Assembly (NCBI GenBank): GCA_963832165.1
Contig: CAWHTE010000007.1
Location: forward strand, 320,001-384,000
From: an uncultured delta proteobacterium
GTDB taxonomy: Bacteria > Myxococcota_A > UBA9160 > SMWR01
DNA: 64,000 nt
Direction: 5' to 3'
Position 1 is the stretch's first letter, and every line of letters begins with the position of its first letter. A model generated the notes under the pieces. That model was not told the DNA's origin and did no database searches. It saw only the letters and a list, made by a program, of their open reading frames with translations. The position numbers and the translations under genes are program-made. Positions 9,712 to 18,262 of the stretch are shown here, piece after piece.

Positions 9712-9730
9712 TGTGACAGGTCCGGTCACA
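9712..9730. promoter_or_regulatory. Inverted repeat TGTGACAGG-T-CCGGTCACA, candidate operator upstream of the Zn-ribbon/arsA unit
   Basis: 8/9 palindromic arms in an 80-bp intergenic gap. Confidence 0.45.
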
Positions 9731-9742
9731 GCTCGAAACGGG

Positions 9743-10846
9743 CTAATCGAGGCGCTTGCGAAACCGCGCGATCGACGCGCCCAGCGCAACGGCCAGGAAC
9801 GCGATCAGCGGCCAGATCTCCGTGTGTACCTCGGAGAGCGTCGCCCCGCGCAGAAGGATCCCGCGCGTGATCCGCACGAAGTGCGTGAGAGGAAACACCT
9901 CGGCGATCACCTGCGCAGCGCGCGGCATGCCGTCGAACGGGAACATGAAGCCCGAGAGCAGGATCTGCGGCAGGAACGTGAAGAACGTGATCTGGAACGC
10001 CTGCACCTGGGTGGCCGCGAGCGTGGAGATGAACAGGCCGAGCGCGAGCGAGGTGGTCACGAACGCGAGGCTCGCCACGTAGATGTCGACGAGCGAGCCG
10101 CGGATCGGCACGTCGAAGAACCAGTACCCGACCAGCAGGATCAGCGTCACCTGAACCATGCCGATCGCCATGTAGGGCAGGATCTTGCCGACCATGAGCT
10201 CGGGCGTGCGCACGGGCGTGTTGATCAGGAGCTCGAGGTTGCCGCGCTCGCGCTCGCGCACGATCGCCACCGCGGTGAAGAGCACCATCGTCATGGTGAG
10301 GATCACGCCCAGCAGACCCGGGACGATCTGCACCTGCGAGCGGCGCTCCGGGTTGTAGTAGGCGCGCACCTCGAAGGTCTCGGTTGCGTGCCGCGCGGGC
10401 GCCGCGCGCGCGCTCACGGGCAGTGCGGCGATTCCGCGCGCCGCGCCGAGCACGATCGGGTCGCTGCCGTCCACGAGCAGCTGCGCGGGCGCGCGATCGC
10501 CGCGCTCGACGCGCCGCTCGAAGTCGGGCGGCACGAGCAGCCCCACGGAGATCTCGCCCGCGCGCAACAGAGCCTCGAGCTCGGCGGCGCTGCGCGCGCG
10601 CTCGACCACCTCCACGACCTGCGTGGCCTGGGCGTCCTGCACGAGCAGGCGCGCGCGCTGCGTGCCCGCGAGATCGGCCACACCCGCGCGCAGGTGCCGC
10701 ACGTCCTGGTTGATCGCGTAGCCGAACAGCAGGAGCTGCAGCACGGGAAGCCCCACGATCATGCCGAACGTGAGGCGGTCGCGGCGCAGCTGCAGCACCT
10801 CCTTGCGCGCGATCGCCGCGATGCGTCCGAGCGCCTCGCCCCTCAC
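9743..10846 (-). CDS. ABC-2 type transporter permease (YbhR/S-like)
   Basis: ARKEVLQLRRD, AIVRERERGNLELL, LLSGFMFP, PLTHF. Confidence 0.9.
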   Translation of the reverse strand: MRGEALGRIAAIARKEVLQLRRDRLTFGMIVGLPVLQLLLFGYAINQDVRHLRAGVADLAGTQRARLLVQDAQATQVVEVVERARSAAELEALLRAGEISVGLLVPPDFERRVERGDRAPAQLLVDGSDPIVLGAARGIAALPVSARAAPARHATETFEVRAYYNPERRSQVQIVPGLLGVILTMTMVLFTAVAIVRERERGNLELLINTPVRTPELMVGKILPYMAIGMVQVTLILLVGYWFFDVPIRGSLVDIYVASLAFVTTSLALGLFISTLAATQVQAFQITFFTFLPQILLSGFMFPFDGMPRAAQVIAEVFPLTHFVRITRGILLRGATLSEVHTEIWPLIAFLAVALGASIARFRKRLD

Positions 10847-11772
10847 CGCGCGCCTCCGCGTCCGGTGGCGGCCACGAACACATCCTCGAGGCTCGCCTCC
10901 GCGACCTGCACGCGCGCCTCGACACCGGCGTGCGACAGCGCCGCGCGCACGGCGTCGCCGGGATCCTGCACCTCCGGATCGATCAGCGCGTGCAGGCGCG
11001 TGCCGAGCTGCGCGACGCTCCAGAGCCCGCGCACGTCCGCGAGCGCCGCACGAGCACCGCGCATCTCTTCGGTCTCGATCTCGAGCACGACCGCCCCGAT
11101 CTGCGCCTCGAGCTCGCGCGGGGCGCCCTGTGCCACGAGCTTCCCATCGTCGAGGATCGCGAGCGCGTGGCAGCGCTCCGCCTCGTCCATGTAGTGGGTG
11201 GAGACGAGGATCGTGGTGCCGCGGTCGACGAGCGCGAACAGCGACTCCCAGAAGTCGCGCCGATTCTGCGGATCGACGGCGCTGGTCGGCTCGTCGAGGA
11301 ACAGGAGCTCGGGCTCGTGGATCAGCGATGCCGCGAGCGCGAGACGCTGCCGCTGGCCGCCCGAGAGCGTGCCCGCGCGCTGATCGGGCCGGTCGAGGTG
11401 GAAGTCCGCGAGCAGCGCGTCGACGCGTTGGCGCCGGCGCGCGGCGGGCAGCGAGTAGATCTCGCCCATGAACTCGAGGTTCTCGCGAATCGTGAGCTCC
11501 TCGTAGAGCGAGAAGCGCTGGGTCATGTACCCGATCTTGCGGCGCAGCTTCTGGGCATCGCGCGGGATCTGGAAGTCGAGCACGCGCGCCTCGCCCGCGG
11601 ACGGGCGCAAGAGGCCGCATAGCATCCGGATCGTGGTGGTCTTGCCGGAGCCGTTGGGCCCGAGGAAGCCGTAGATCTGCGCGCGCGGGATCGCGAGATC
11701 GACGTGATCGACGGCGACGAGGTTGCCGAAGCGCCTCGTGAGGCCGCGCGTCTCGATCGCAAGCTCACTCAC
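10843..11772 (-). CDS. ABC transporter ATP-binding protein
   Basis: GPNGSGKT, LSGGQRQR, FLDEPT, STHYMDEA. Confidence 0.93.
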   Translation of the reverse strand: MSELAIETRGLTRRFGNLVAVDHVDLAIPRAQIYGFLGPNGSGKTTTIRMLCGLLRPSAGEARVLDFQIPRDAQKLRRKIGYMTQRFSLYEELTIRENLEFMGEIYSLPAARRRQRVDALLADFHLDRPDQRAGTLSGGQRQRLALAASLIHEPELLFLDEPTSAVDPQNRRDFWESLFALVDRGTTILVSTHYMDEAERCHALAILDDGKLVAQGAPRELEAQIGAVVLEIETEEMRGARAALADVRGLWSVAQLGTRLHALIDPEVQDPGDAVRAALSHAGVEARVQVAEASLEDVFVAATGRGGAR

Positions 11773-12692
11773 TTGCTGGCCGGGTCTGATGACTTCGCGA
11801 GACTTGCCACTGGCACGAGCTCGACCTCGAGCGGAAGCCCCGTCGGGAGCTTGTGTGCGGCCTCGCCTTCGAGGTCGATCTTCGCGACGAAGCTGAGCCT
11901 GCCGCGGTCGCGCTCGGTCAACGCGTAGTAGGGCGTGAACGCGGCCTCGTGCGTGACCGTGCGAACGTGCCCCGCGAACTCGCCTTCGACGCCGTCGATG
12001 TGCACCGCGGCACGCGCACCCGGCACGACCTGCGCGCGCACCTGCTCGGGCACGTAGACGCGCGCGTAGGGCGCGCCGTCGGCGAGCAGGATCGCCACCA
12101 CGGCGCCCGCGGCCGGGCGCTCGCCGAGCTCGTAGGGCAGTGCATCGACCTGGGCATCGCGCGGCGCTCGCACGACGAGCCGCCCCGCGTGCACACGCGC
12201 CTCCACGAGCATGGCCTCGGCCTGCGAGAGCTCGGCGCGCGCGGCGTCGCGCTCCGCGCGTGCACCGTCGCGCTGCGCGTGGGCGCGGTCGAGTGCCTCC
12301 GGCGATGCGACACCGGTCGCCCGCAGCTTCACGATCCGCGCGAGCTCGCGCTCGGCGGTCTGGAGCGCGCTCTGGGCCCCCGGGATGCGCGCGGCCGCGG
12401 CGTCGCGCCGGTGCTGCGCCTGCGCGACCAGCGCCGTGAGCCGCTCGGCGTCGAGACGCAGCACGACGTCGCCGGCCTTCACGAACGCGCCTTCGGGCAC
12501 CGCGCGCTCGACGATCGGCTCCGACGCCTCCGCGATCAGCTCGATCCGATCGCGCTCGAGCGTGCCGACGAAGCGAGGCTCGGCGTCTTCGGAGCACGCC
12601 GCCGCGGCGAGCCCCGTCGCGAGCGCTACGGCGAATCTCATGGCCTTCGCTCGCCTTCGGCTGGCTGCGCGAAACTTGCGGCGGCGCATCAT
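11769..12692 (-). CDS. HlyD family efflux periplasmic adaptor (lipoprotein); alternative start 12641
   Basis: Lipobox LAAAAC, lipoyl-like VPEGAFVKAGD, FTPYYALTERDR. ATG overlaps the tetR stop (ATGA). Confidence 0.85.
   Translation of the reverse strand: MMRRRKFRAASRRRAKAMRFAVALATGLAAAACSEDAEPRFVGTLERDRIELIAEASEPIVERAVPEGAFVKAGDVVLRLDAERLTALVAQAQHRRDAAAARIPGAQSALQTAERELARIVKLRATGVASPEALDRAHAQRDGARAERDAARAELSQAEAMLVEARVHAGRLVVRAPRDAQVDALPYELGERPAAGAVVAILLADGAPYARVYVPEQVRAQVVPGARAAVHIDGVEGEFAGHVRTVTHEAAFTPYYALTERDRGRLSFVAKIDLEGEAAHKLPTGLPLEVELVPVASLAKSSDPASK
12641..12681 (-). repeat. Dispersed 38-bp element copy at the tetR/hlyD junction
   Basis: Minus strand CCGCAAGTTTCGCGCAGCCAGCCGAAGGCGAGCGAAGGCCATG. 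Confidence 0.92.
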
Positions 12693-13357
12693 GCTTCGGC
12701 CTCCACGGGCGCGAGTCCGCGCGCGAGAACAGCGCGCACGTGCGCGATCAGTCGATCGCGGAAGTCGTCGTCGAGCTCGTATCCGAGCGCACGGCCGGCC
12801 ACGGGGTGCATGAGATACGGGACCATTCCCATCCCGAAGATCGAGAGCATGACCAGCAGCGGATCGAGGTCGTCGCGGATCCGCCCCTCCGCCATCTCGC
12901 GGCGCAGCATCTGGGGGACGAGCACGCCGGGACCCTTCGCGATCCGCTCGGCGAGGAAATCGCGCAGCGGCGATTCGCGCGCGAGCACCTCGCGCGCGAG
13001 CAGCGGCGGCAGCCACGGCGTGTCGGCGAGCGTGCTGATCTGGAGATCGACCAGGCGCGCGATCGGATCGCCGTTGGTCGCGGAGCGGTCGAGCAGCGCG
13101 CGCATGCGCTCGACGAGGCGCTGATAGGTGGCGTCGATCATCGCCTCGTAGAGACCGCGCTTGCCGCCGAAGTAGTAGGCGATCATGCCCGGCGTCACGC
13201 CCGCTGCGCTCGCGATCTGCCGTACGCCGACCGCCTGGAAGCCGCGTTCGTGGGCGAGGGCGATCGCGGCCTCGACCAGCCGCTGGCGAACCTGCGGTGA
13301 GCCTTCCGCCTGGCGGGGACGCCCGGGTCGCGGCTTCGGTTTCGCTTTCGACCCCAT
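12689..13357 (-). CDS. TetR family transcriptional regulator
   Basis: HTH VGVRQIASAAGVTPGMIAYYFGGKRGLY. Confidence 0.93.
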   Translation of the reverse strand: MGSKAKPKPRPGRPRQAEGSPQVRQRLVEAAIALAHERGFQAVGVRQIASAAGVTPGMIAYYFGGKRGLYEAMIDATYQRLVERMRALLDRSATNGDPIARLVDLQISTLADTPWLPPLLAREVLARESPLRDFLAERIAKGPGVLVPQMLRREMAEGRIRDDLDPLLVMLSIFGMGMVPYLMHPVAGRALGYELDDDFRDRLIAHVRAVLARGLAPVEAEA

Positions 13358-13365
13358 GCGGCCCT

Positions 13366-13394
13366 AAATTAATCGAACGTTCGATTAATTTCAA
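13366..13394 (-). promoter_or_regulatory. Perfect 26-bp palindromic operator overlapping a sigma70-like promoter for the tetR-efflux operon
   Basis: AAATTAATCGAACGTTCGATTAATTT (13366-13391). Minus strand reads TTGAAA-N17-TAATTT, ending 8 nt before the tetR ATG. Confidence 0.85.
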
Positions 13395-13448
13395 CGGGAG
13401 GGGCCGGAGCCGGGTCGCGCGTATCATCCGGCGCTGCGCCCTACCCGG

Positions 13449-13512
13449 CCGCAAGTTTCGCGCAGCGAGCGCAAGTTTCGCGCAGCGAGCCGAAGGCGAG
13501 CGAAGACCATCA
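13449..13512 (+). repeat. Dispersed element copy with a tandem duplication of its first 20 bp
   Basis: (GCAAGTTTCGCGCAGCGAGC)x2 then CGAAGGCGAGCGAAGACCATCA. Confidence 0.93.
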
Positions 13513-13525
13513 AGCGGGAGGTCCC

Positions 13526-14545
13526 ATGCGGATCGGCATCATTCTCACGGCGGGCTCGGCGCGCGCCGACGTCGACCTCGCGATCCGGGCCGAAGCGGCC
13601 GGCTTCGATGGCGTGTTCACGATCGAGTTCTTCAATCGGAACGGTTATGTGCCGCTCGGCGCGATCGCGCAGGCCACGCAGCGCGTGCGTATCGGCACCG
13701 CCATTGCGAACGCGTTCACAAGAAGCCCGCTCGTGCACGCGGCGGCCGCGATGGACCTCGACGAGCTCTCGGAGGGCAGGCTCGTGCTCGGCCTCGGCAG
13801 CGCCACGCGCCGCATGAACGAGGACTGGTACGGCGTGCCGTTCTCGGCGCCGGCCCCGCGCATGCGCGAGCTCGCCCTGCTGCTGCGCGCCGCGTTCAAG
13901 GCGCAGAAGGGCGGAGGCTTCCGCTGGGAAGGCGAGCACTGGAAGCTCTCGGTTCCGATCTATGCGCGACCGGGCGCGCCGCGCGTCGACATCCCGATCT
14001 GGATCGCCGCGGTCAACCGCGGAATGATCGCGGCCGCAGGCGCCGTGGCCGACGGGCTGGTCGGCCACCCGATCGCGACGCGCCGCTGGCACCGCGAGGT
14101 GACGCTGCCCGGGCTGCGCGCGGGCGAGCGCGCGGCGGGCCGCCGCGAGGGGGCCTGCGCGCTGGCGCCCTACGTGGTCACCTCGATCCAGGACGATCGC
14201 GAGCTCGCGATCGCGGATGCGAAGAACCAGATCGGCTTCTACTTCACCACGGGCATCTACCACTCGGTGCTCGATCTGCACGGCATGCGCGAAGTCGGCG
14301 ACGCGTGCCGCGCCGCGCTGCGCACGTTCGACACCAAGGCGATGGCGGCCGCGGTGCCCGATGCGCTCGTCGAGGAGATCGCGATCGCGTGCACGCCCGA
14401 CGAGGCGCGCGATCGCCTCGCGCTCTGGAAGGACCTCACCGACCAGCCGCTGCTCTACGCGCCGACCGTCGGCGTGCCGCGCGGTCGGCTCCAGGACAAC
14501 CTCGACGCGACGCTCGAGATCTTCGGGAGCGGGAGCCGTCCGTGA
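13526..14545 (+). CDS. LLM class flavin-dependent (possibly F420) oxidoreductase
   Basis: AEAAGFDGVF, TQRVRIGTAI, LDELSEGRLVLGLG, GAVADG. RBS GGGAGG. Confidence 0.88.
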   Translation: MRIGIILTAGSARADVDLAIRAEAAGFDGVFTIEFFNRNGYVPLGAIAQATQRVRIGTAIANAFTRSPLVHAAAAMDLDELSEGRLVLGLGSATRRMNEDWYGVPFSAPAPRMRELALLLRAAFKAQKGGGFRWEGEHWKLSVPIYARPGAPRVDIPIWIAAVNRGMIAAAGAVADGLVGHPIATRRWHREVTLPGLRAGERAAGRREGACALAPYVVTSIQDDRELAIADAKNQIGFYFTTGIYHSVLDLHGMREVGDACRAALRTFDTKAMAAAVPDALVEEIAIACTPDEARDRLALWKDLTDQPLLYAPTVGVPRGRLQDNLDATLEIFGSGSRP

Positions 14546-15240
14546 ACGAGTCACCCGATTTGCTGAAGCCGGCCTGGGACACGACCAAGGAAGAGCCGGG
14601 CAAGTGGGCCCAGAAGCGCCGGCTCGCCAACGCCATGCGGGTCGTGATCGAGCGGCTCACGTCGAGCGACGCGCCCGAAGACGAGCTGCGCCGCGCGGCG
14701 GATGCGCTCGAGCGCTATGCCGATGCGCTCGCGGCCCACCCGCGCCTGCGCTTCGTGCACGGCTTCGCCGAGTCGGCCAACGCGGGCGACGTGGCCGCAT
14801 TCTTCGACCGCAGCCCGATGATCGGCCTCGCCAACCCGCTCGCACCGCCGATCACGATCGCGAAGACGGGTGAGCGCACGGCGGAGGCGCGCGCGGTGTT
14901 CAGCTCGGCGTACGAGGGCCCGCCCGGCAACGTGCACGGCGGCTTCGTCGCGGCGGCGTTCGACGAGGTGCTCGGCTTCGTGCAGTCGCTCTCGGGCCGG
15001 CCCGGCATGACCGGCACGCTCGTCGTGCGCTACCGCAAGCCCACGCCGCTGCACACGGAGCTGCGCTTCACCGCGGAGTACGTGCGCAGCGAGGGACGCA
15101 AGCTCTACACCGAGGCGCGTTTGCACGCGGGCGACGTGCTGTGCGCCGAGGCGGAGGGGATCTTCGTCTCGATCGAGCGCGCGCGCTTCGCCGAGCTCGA
15201 GGCGCTGCGCGCCCAACGCGAGGCGGATCGCGCGCGGTGA
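14542..15240 (+). CDS. PaaI/hotdog-fold thioesterase
   Basis: YEGPPGNVHGGFVAAAFDEVLG, LVVRYRKPTPL. Confidence 0.85.
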   Translation: MNESPDLLKPAWDTTKEEPGKWAQKRRLANAMRVVIERLTSSDAPEDELRRAADALERYADALAAHPRLRFVHGFAESANAGDVAAFFDRSPMIGLANPLAPPITIAKTGERTAEARAVFSSAYEGPPGNVHGGFVAAAFDEVLGFVQSLSGRPGMTGTLVVRYRKPTPLHTELRFTAEYVRSEGRKLYTEARLHAGDVLCAEAEGIFVSIERARFAELEALRAQREADRAR

Positions 15241-15935
15241 CGTTCGCGCGGCGCGGTCGTCCGCGCGGCTTCGGCCGGCGGCTCGCGGGATTCACGCTGA
15301 AGCTCGCCGCGCTCGTGCTGTTCGCGAGCGCTGTGCTCGTGTTGCCGTGGCGCTGGGTGCCGCCGCCCACGAGCGCGTTCATGCTGCGCGAGCAGCTGAA
15401 CGGACACGTGACGCGCCACCGTTGGATCCCCTATCCGGCGATCTCGAAGAACCTCGTGCTTTGCGTGATCGCGGCCGAGGACCAGAAGTTCGCCCAGCAC
15501 CAGGGCTTCGACGTCGAGGCGATCGTGAAGGCGACCCGAGAGCGGCGTCGCAAGCCGCGCGGCGCCAGCACGATCTCGCAGCAGCTCGCGAAGAATCTCT
15601 TCCTGTGGCCGGGACGCAGCTTGGTACGCAAGGGCCTCGAGGCGTACTTCACGGTCTGGCTCGAGCAGACCTGGCCCAAGCGGCGGATCCTCGAGGTGTA
15701 TCTGAACGTCGCGGAGTTCGGCCCCGGCGTGTTCGGCGCCGCGGCCGCCAGCGAGCTGATGTTCGGCAAGCCCGCGAGCGACCTCACGCTCTCGGAGGCC
15801 GCGCGGCTCGCGGCGGTGCTGCCGAGCCCGAAGCGGATGTCCGCCGTGCATCCCTCGGCGTACGTCTACGAGCGCGCGGGTCAGATCGAGAGCGTCGCGC
15901 GCGCGCTCGGCGTCCACTTCGTCGCGGGGCTGTGA
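15237..15935 (+). CDS. mtgA: Monofunctional peptidoglycan transglycosylase
   Basis: EDQKFAQHQGFD, GASTISQQLAKNLFL, RKGLEA, KRRILEVYLN, LPSP. Confidence 0.92.
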   Translation: MTFARRGRPRGFGRRLAGFTLKLAALVLFASAVLVLPWRWVPPPTSAFMLREQLNGHVTRHRWIPYPAISKNLVLCVIAAEDQKFAQHQGFDVEAIVKATRERRRKPRGASTISQQLAKNLFLWPGRSLVRKGLEAYFTVWLEQTWPKRRILEVYLNVAEFGPGVFGAAAASELMFGKPASDLTLSEAARLAAVLPSPKRMSAVHPSAYVYERAGQIESVARALGVHFVAGL

Positions 15936-15942
15936 GGAGTTC

Positions 15943-17040
15943 ATGACGACACGCAATCGCTCGCGCATGGCGGTGATGCTCGCGGTCGCAGCGCTCTCGT
16001 CGCACGCGGTGCTCGTGCGCGCCGACGCCGCGCCCGACCTGACCTCCGCGGTGAAGGATTGGCTCGCCGAGCTCGGCGACGACCTGCGCGAAACCGCGCT
16101 CTACCCCTTCGAAGACGAGGAGCGCTTCGACCTGCGACTTGCGCCGGTCGGCCTCGAGGGGGTGCGCCGCGACGCGATGAGCGACGCGCAATGGCAGGCA
16201 TGGGTCGGCGCACTCGCCACGACGCTCTCGATGCGCGGCCTCGAGAAGGTGCAGGCGATCATGGGCAACGAGCGCGAGATCGCGCTGCGCGATCGCGAGA
16301 CCTGGCTCGGGTCGCTGTTCGGCGGCTTCGTGCACGGCGAGCAGCGCTATTTCGCCTCGATCTACGGGATGCCGGGCGAGGCCACGCCCTGGGGCCTGCG
16401 CTTCGACGGCCATCACGTCTCGCTGAACTGGACCGTGCCGCGCGCGACCGCCGTGTCGGTGACGCCGCTGTTCCTGGGCGGGGAGCCGCGCGAAGTGCCC
16501 ACGGGCCACGAGCGCGCCGGGCTGCGCGTGCTCGCCGACGAGGAGGACCGCGGACTCGAGCTGTGGACCGCGCTGCGGCCCGAGCAGCGCACCCGAGCGC
16601 AGCTCGAGTTCGAATCCGCGTCGGGGATCGCCGCGATGAACCGCCCGATGTTCCTGGGCGAGGGGCCGCAGATCGCGCGCGCACCGGCGAGCGGGATCGC
16701 ACACGCCGAGCTCGACCCCGCGCAGCAGGCGCTGCTCGACGCGCTGATCGACACCTACTACGCGAATTTCAGCGACGCGATCGCGGCCGAGCGCCGCGCG
16801 GCGATCGACGCGGGCGGGCGCGACGCGATCCACTTCGCGTGGGCCGGCAGCCTCTCGCCCGGCGAGCCGGGCTACTACCGCGTGCAGGGCCCGACCTTCC
16901 TGATCGAGTTCGACAACACGGACGAGGCCGCCGACCACGTGCACGCGATCCTGCGCGAGTACGACGGCGACTTCGGACGCGATCTGCTCGCGGAGCACTA
17001 CGCGCACGACCATGCGCGCGGGTTCGCGGCGCGCCACTAG
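15943..17040 (+). CDS. DUF3500 domain protein, secreted
   Basis: Signal peptide. WGLRFDGHHVSLN, YYRVQGPTFLIEFDN, HVHAILR, DFGRDLLAEHY. Confidence 0.8.
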   Translation: MTTRNRSRMAVMLAVAALSSHAVLVRADAAPDLTSAVKDWLAELGDDLRETALYPFEDEERFDLRLAPVGLEGVRRDAMSDAQWQAWVGALATTLSMRGLEKVQAIMGNEREIALRDRETWLGSLFGGFVHGEQRYFASIYGMPGEATPWGLRFDGHHVSLNWTVPRATAVSVTPLFLGGEPREVPTGHERAGLRVLADEEDRGLELWTALRPEQRTRAQLEFESASGIAAMNRPMFLGEGPQIARAPASGIAHAELDPAQQALLDALIDTYYANFSDAIAAERRAAIDAGGRDAIHFAWAGSLSPGEPGYYRVQGPTFLIEFDNTDEAADHVHAILREYDGDFGRDLLAEHYAHDHARGFAARH

Positions 17041-17155
17041 CTCTCCACGGGCGCTCCCGCCTGCACCTCGGTGGCGAACGCCTCGAAGATCACGCTGCAG
17101 TTCCAGCGCCGGCGCGTGTAGCATGCACGCTTCGCTGTGGAGCGAAGGAGAACCC

Positions 17156-18262
17156 ATGCGCGCGGCACTCCTCGAGGAGCAGAACAAACCGCTCTCGCTG
17201 ATCGACGATCTCTCGGTGGCGGAGCCCGGACCGGGCCAGGTGCGTGTCGCGGTGCGGCACTGCGGAATCTGCCACTCGGACCTAGGCATCATCGACGCCG
17301 AGCTCGGTCCGGCGCAGCAGCTCCCCGTGGTGCTCGGACACGAGGCGGCCGGCGAGATCGAGAGCGTCGGGCCAGGCGTCACGAGCCTGGCGTGCGGTGA
17401 CAAAGTCGTGCTCACGCCGTGCCCGCCCTGCGGCGCCTGCTACTGGTGCGTGCGCAACGAGCACGCGCTGTGCGTGAACTCGGACAGCATCCTGACGAGC
17501 GCGTTCGCCGACGGCAGCACCGGTCTCTCGCGGCGCGGCGAGAAGGTCTACCGCGGCGTGGGCGTGGGCGGCTTCGCCGAGCAGGTGATCACCCAGGCCA
17601 CGGGCGCTGTGAAGATCCCGAGCGACGTGCCGACCGAGATCGCGTGTGTGATCGGCTGCGCCGTGCAGACCGGCGTGGGCGCGGCACTCAATACCGCGCG
17701 CGTCGAGGCGGGTGCCACCGTGCTCGTGATGGGCGCGGGAGGGATCGGTCTCTCGATCGTGCAGGGGGCGCGGCTCGCGGGCGCTGCCGTCGTGATCGTC
17801 TCGGACCCGGTGACGGCGCGGCGCGAGGTCGCAGGTCGACTCGGTGCGACGCACCTGATCGATCCGAACCAGGTCGACGTCGTGTCGCGCTGCCGCGAGC
17901 TCACGAATGGGATCGGTGTCGACTACGCGTTCGACGCCGTCGGCGTCGCCGCGCTGCTCCAGGCCGGCATCGCCGCCGCACGCAAGGGCGGCACGATCGT
18001 CGTCGTCGGCGCGGTGCCGATCACGCAGCCCGTGACGATCTCCCCGGTCGCGCTGTTCGGCATCCAGGAGAAGAAGCTCATCGGCTGCATCCTCGGCAGC
18101 TGCAACTCGCAGCGCGACATCCCGCGCTTCCTGGCGCTCTGGCGCGCCGGCAAGCTCGACCTCGAGGCGCTGGTCACCGCGCGCTACCCGCTCGCGCGCA
18201 TCAACGAAGCGCTCGACGAGCTGCGCGCCAAGCGCGGCGTGCGACACATCATCGAGTTCTGA
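17156..18262 (+). CDS. Zn-dependent alcohol dehydrogenase
   Basis: CHSD, GHEAAG, CPPCGACYWC...C, GAGGIG. RBS AAGGAG. Confidence 0.92.
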   Translation: MRAALLEEQNKPLSLIDDLSVAEPGPGQVRVAVRHCGICHSDLGIIDAELGPAQQLPVVLGHEAAGEIESVGPGVTSLACGDKVVLTPCPPCGACYWCVRNEHALCVNSDSILTSAFADGSTGLSRRGEKVYRGVGVGGFAEQVITQATGAVKIPSDVPTEIACVIGCAVQTGVGAALNTARVEAGATVLVMGAGGIGLSIVQGARLAGAAVVIVSDPVTARREVAGRLGATHLIDPNQVDVVSRCRELTNGIGVDYAFDAVGVAALLQAGIAAARKGGTIVVVGAVPITQPVTISPVALFGIQEKKLIGCILGSCNSQRDIPRFLALWRAGKLDLEALVTARYPLARINEALDELRAKRGVRHIIEF

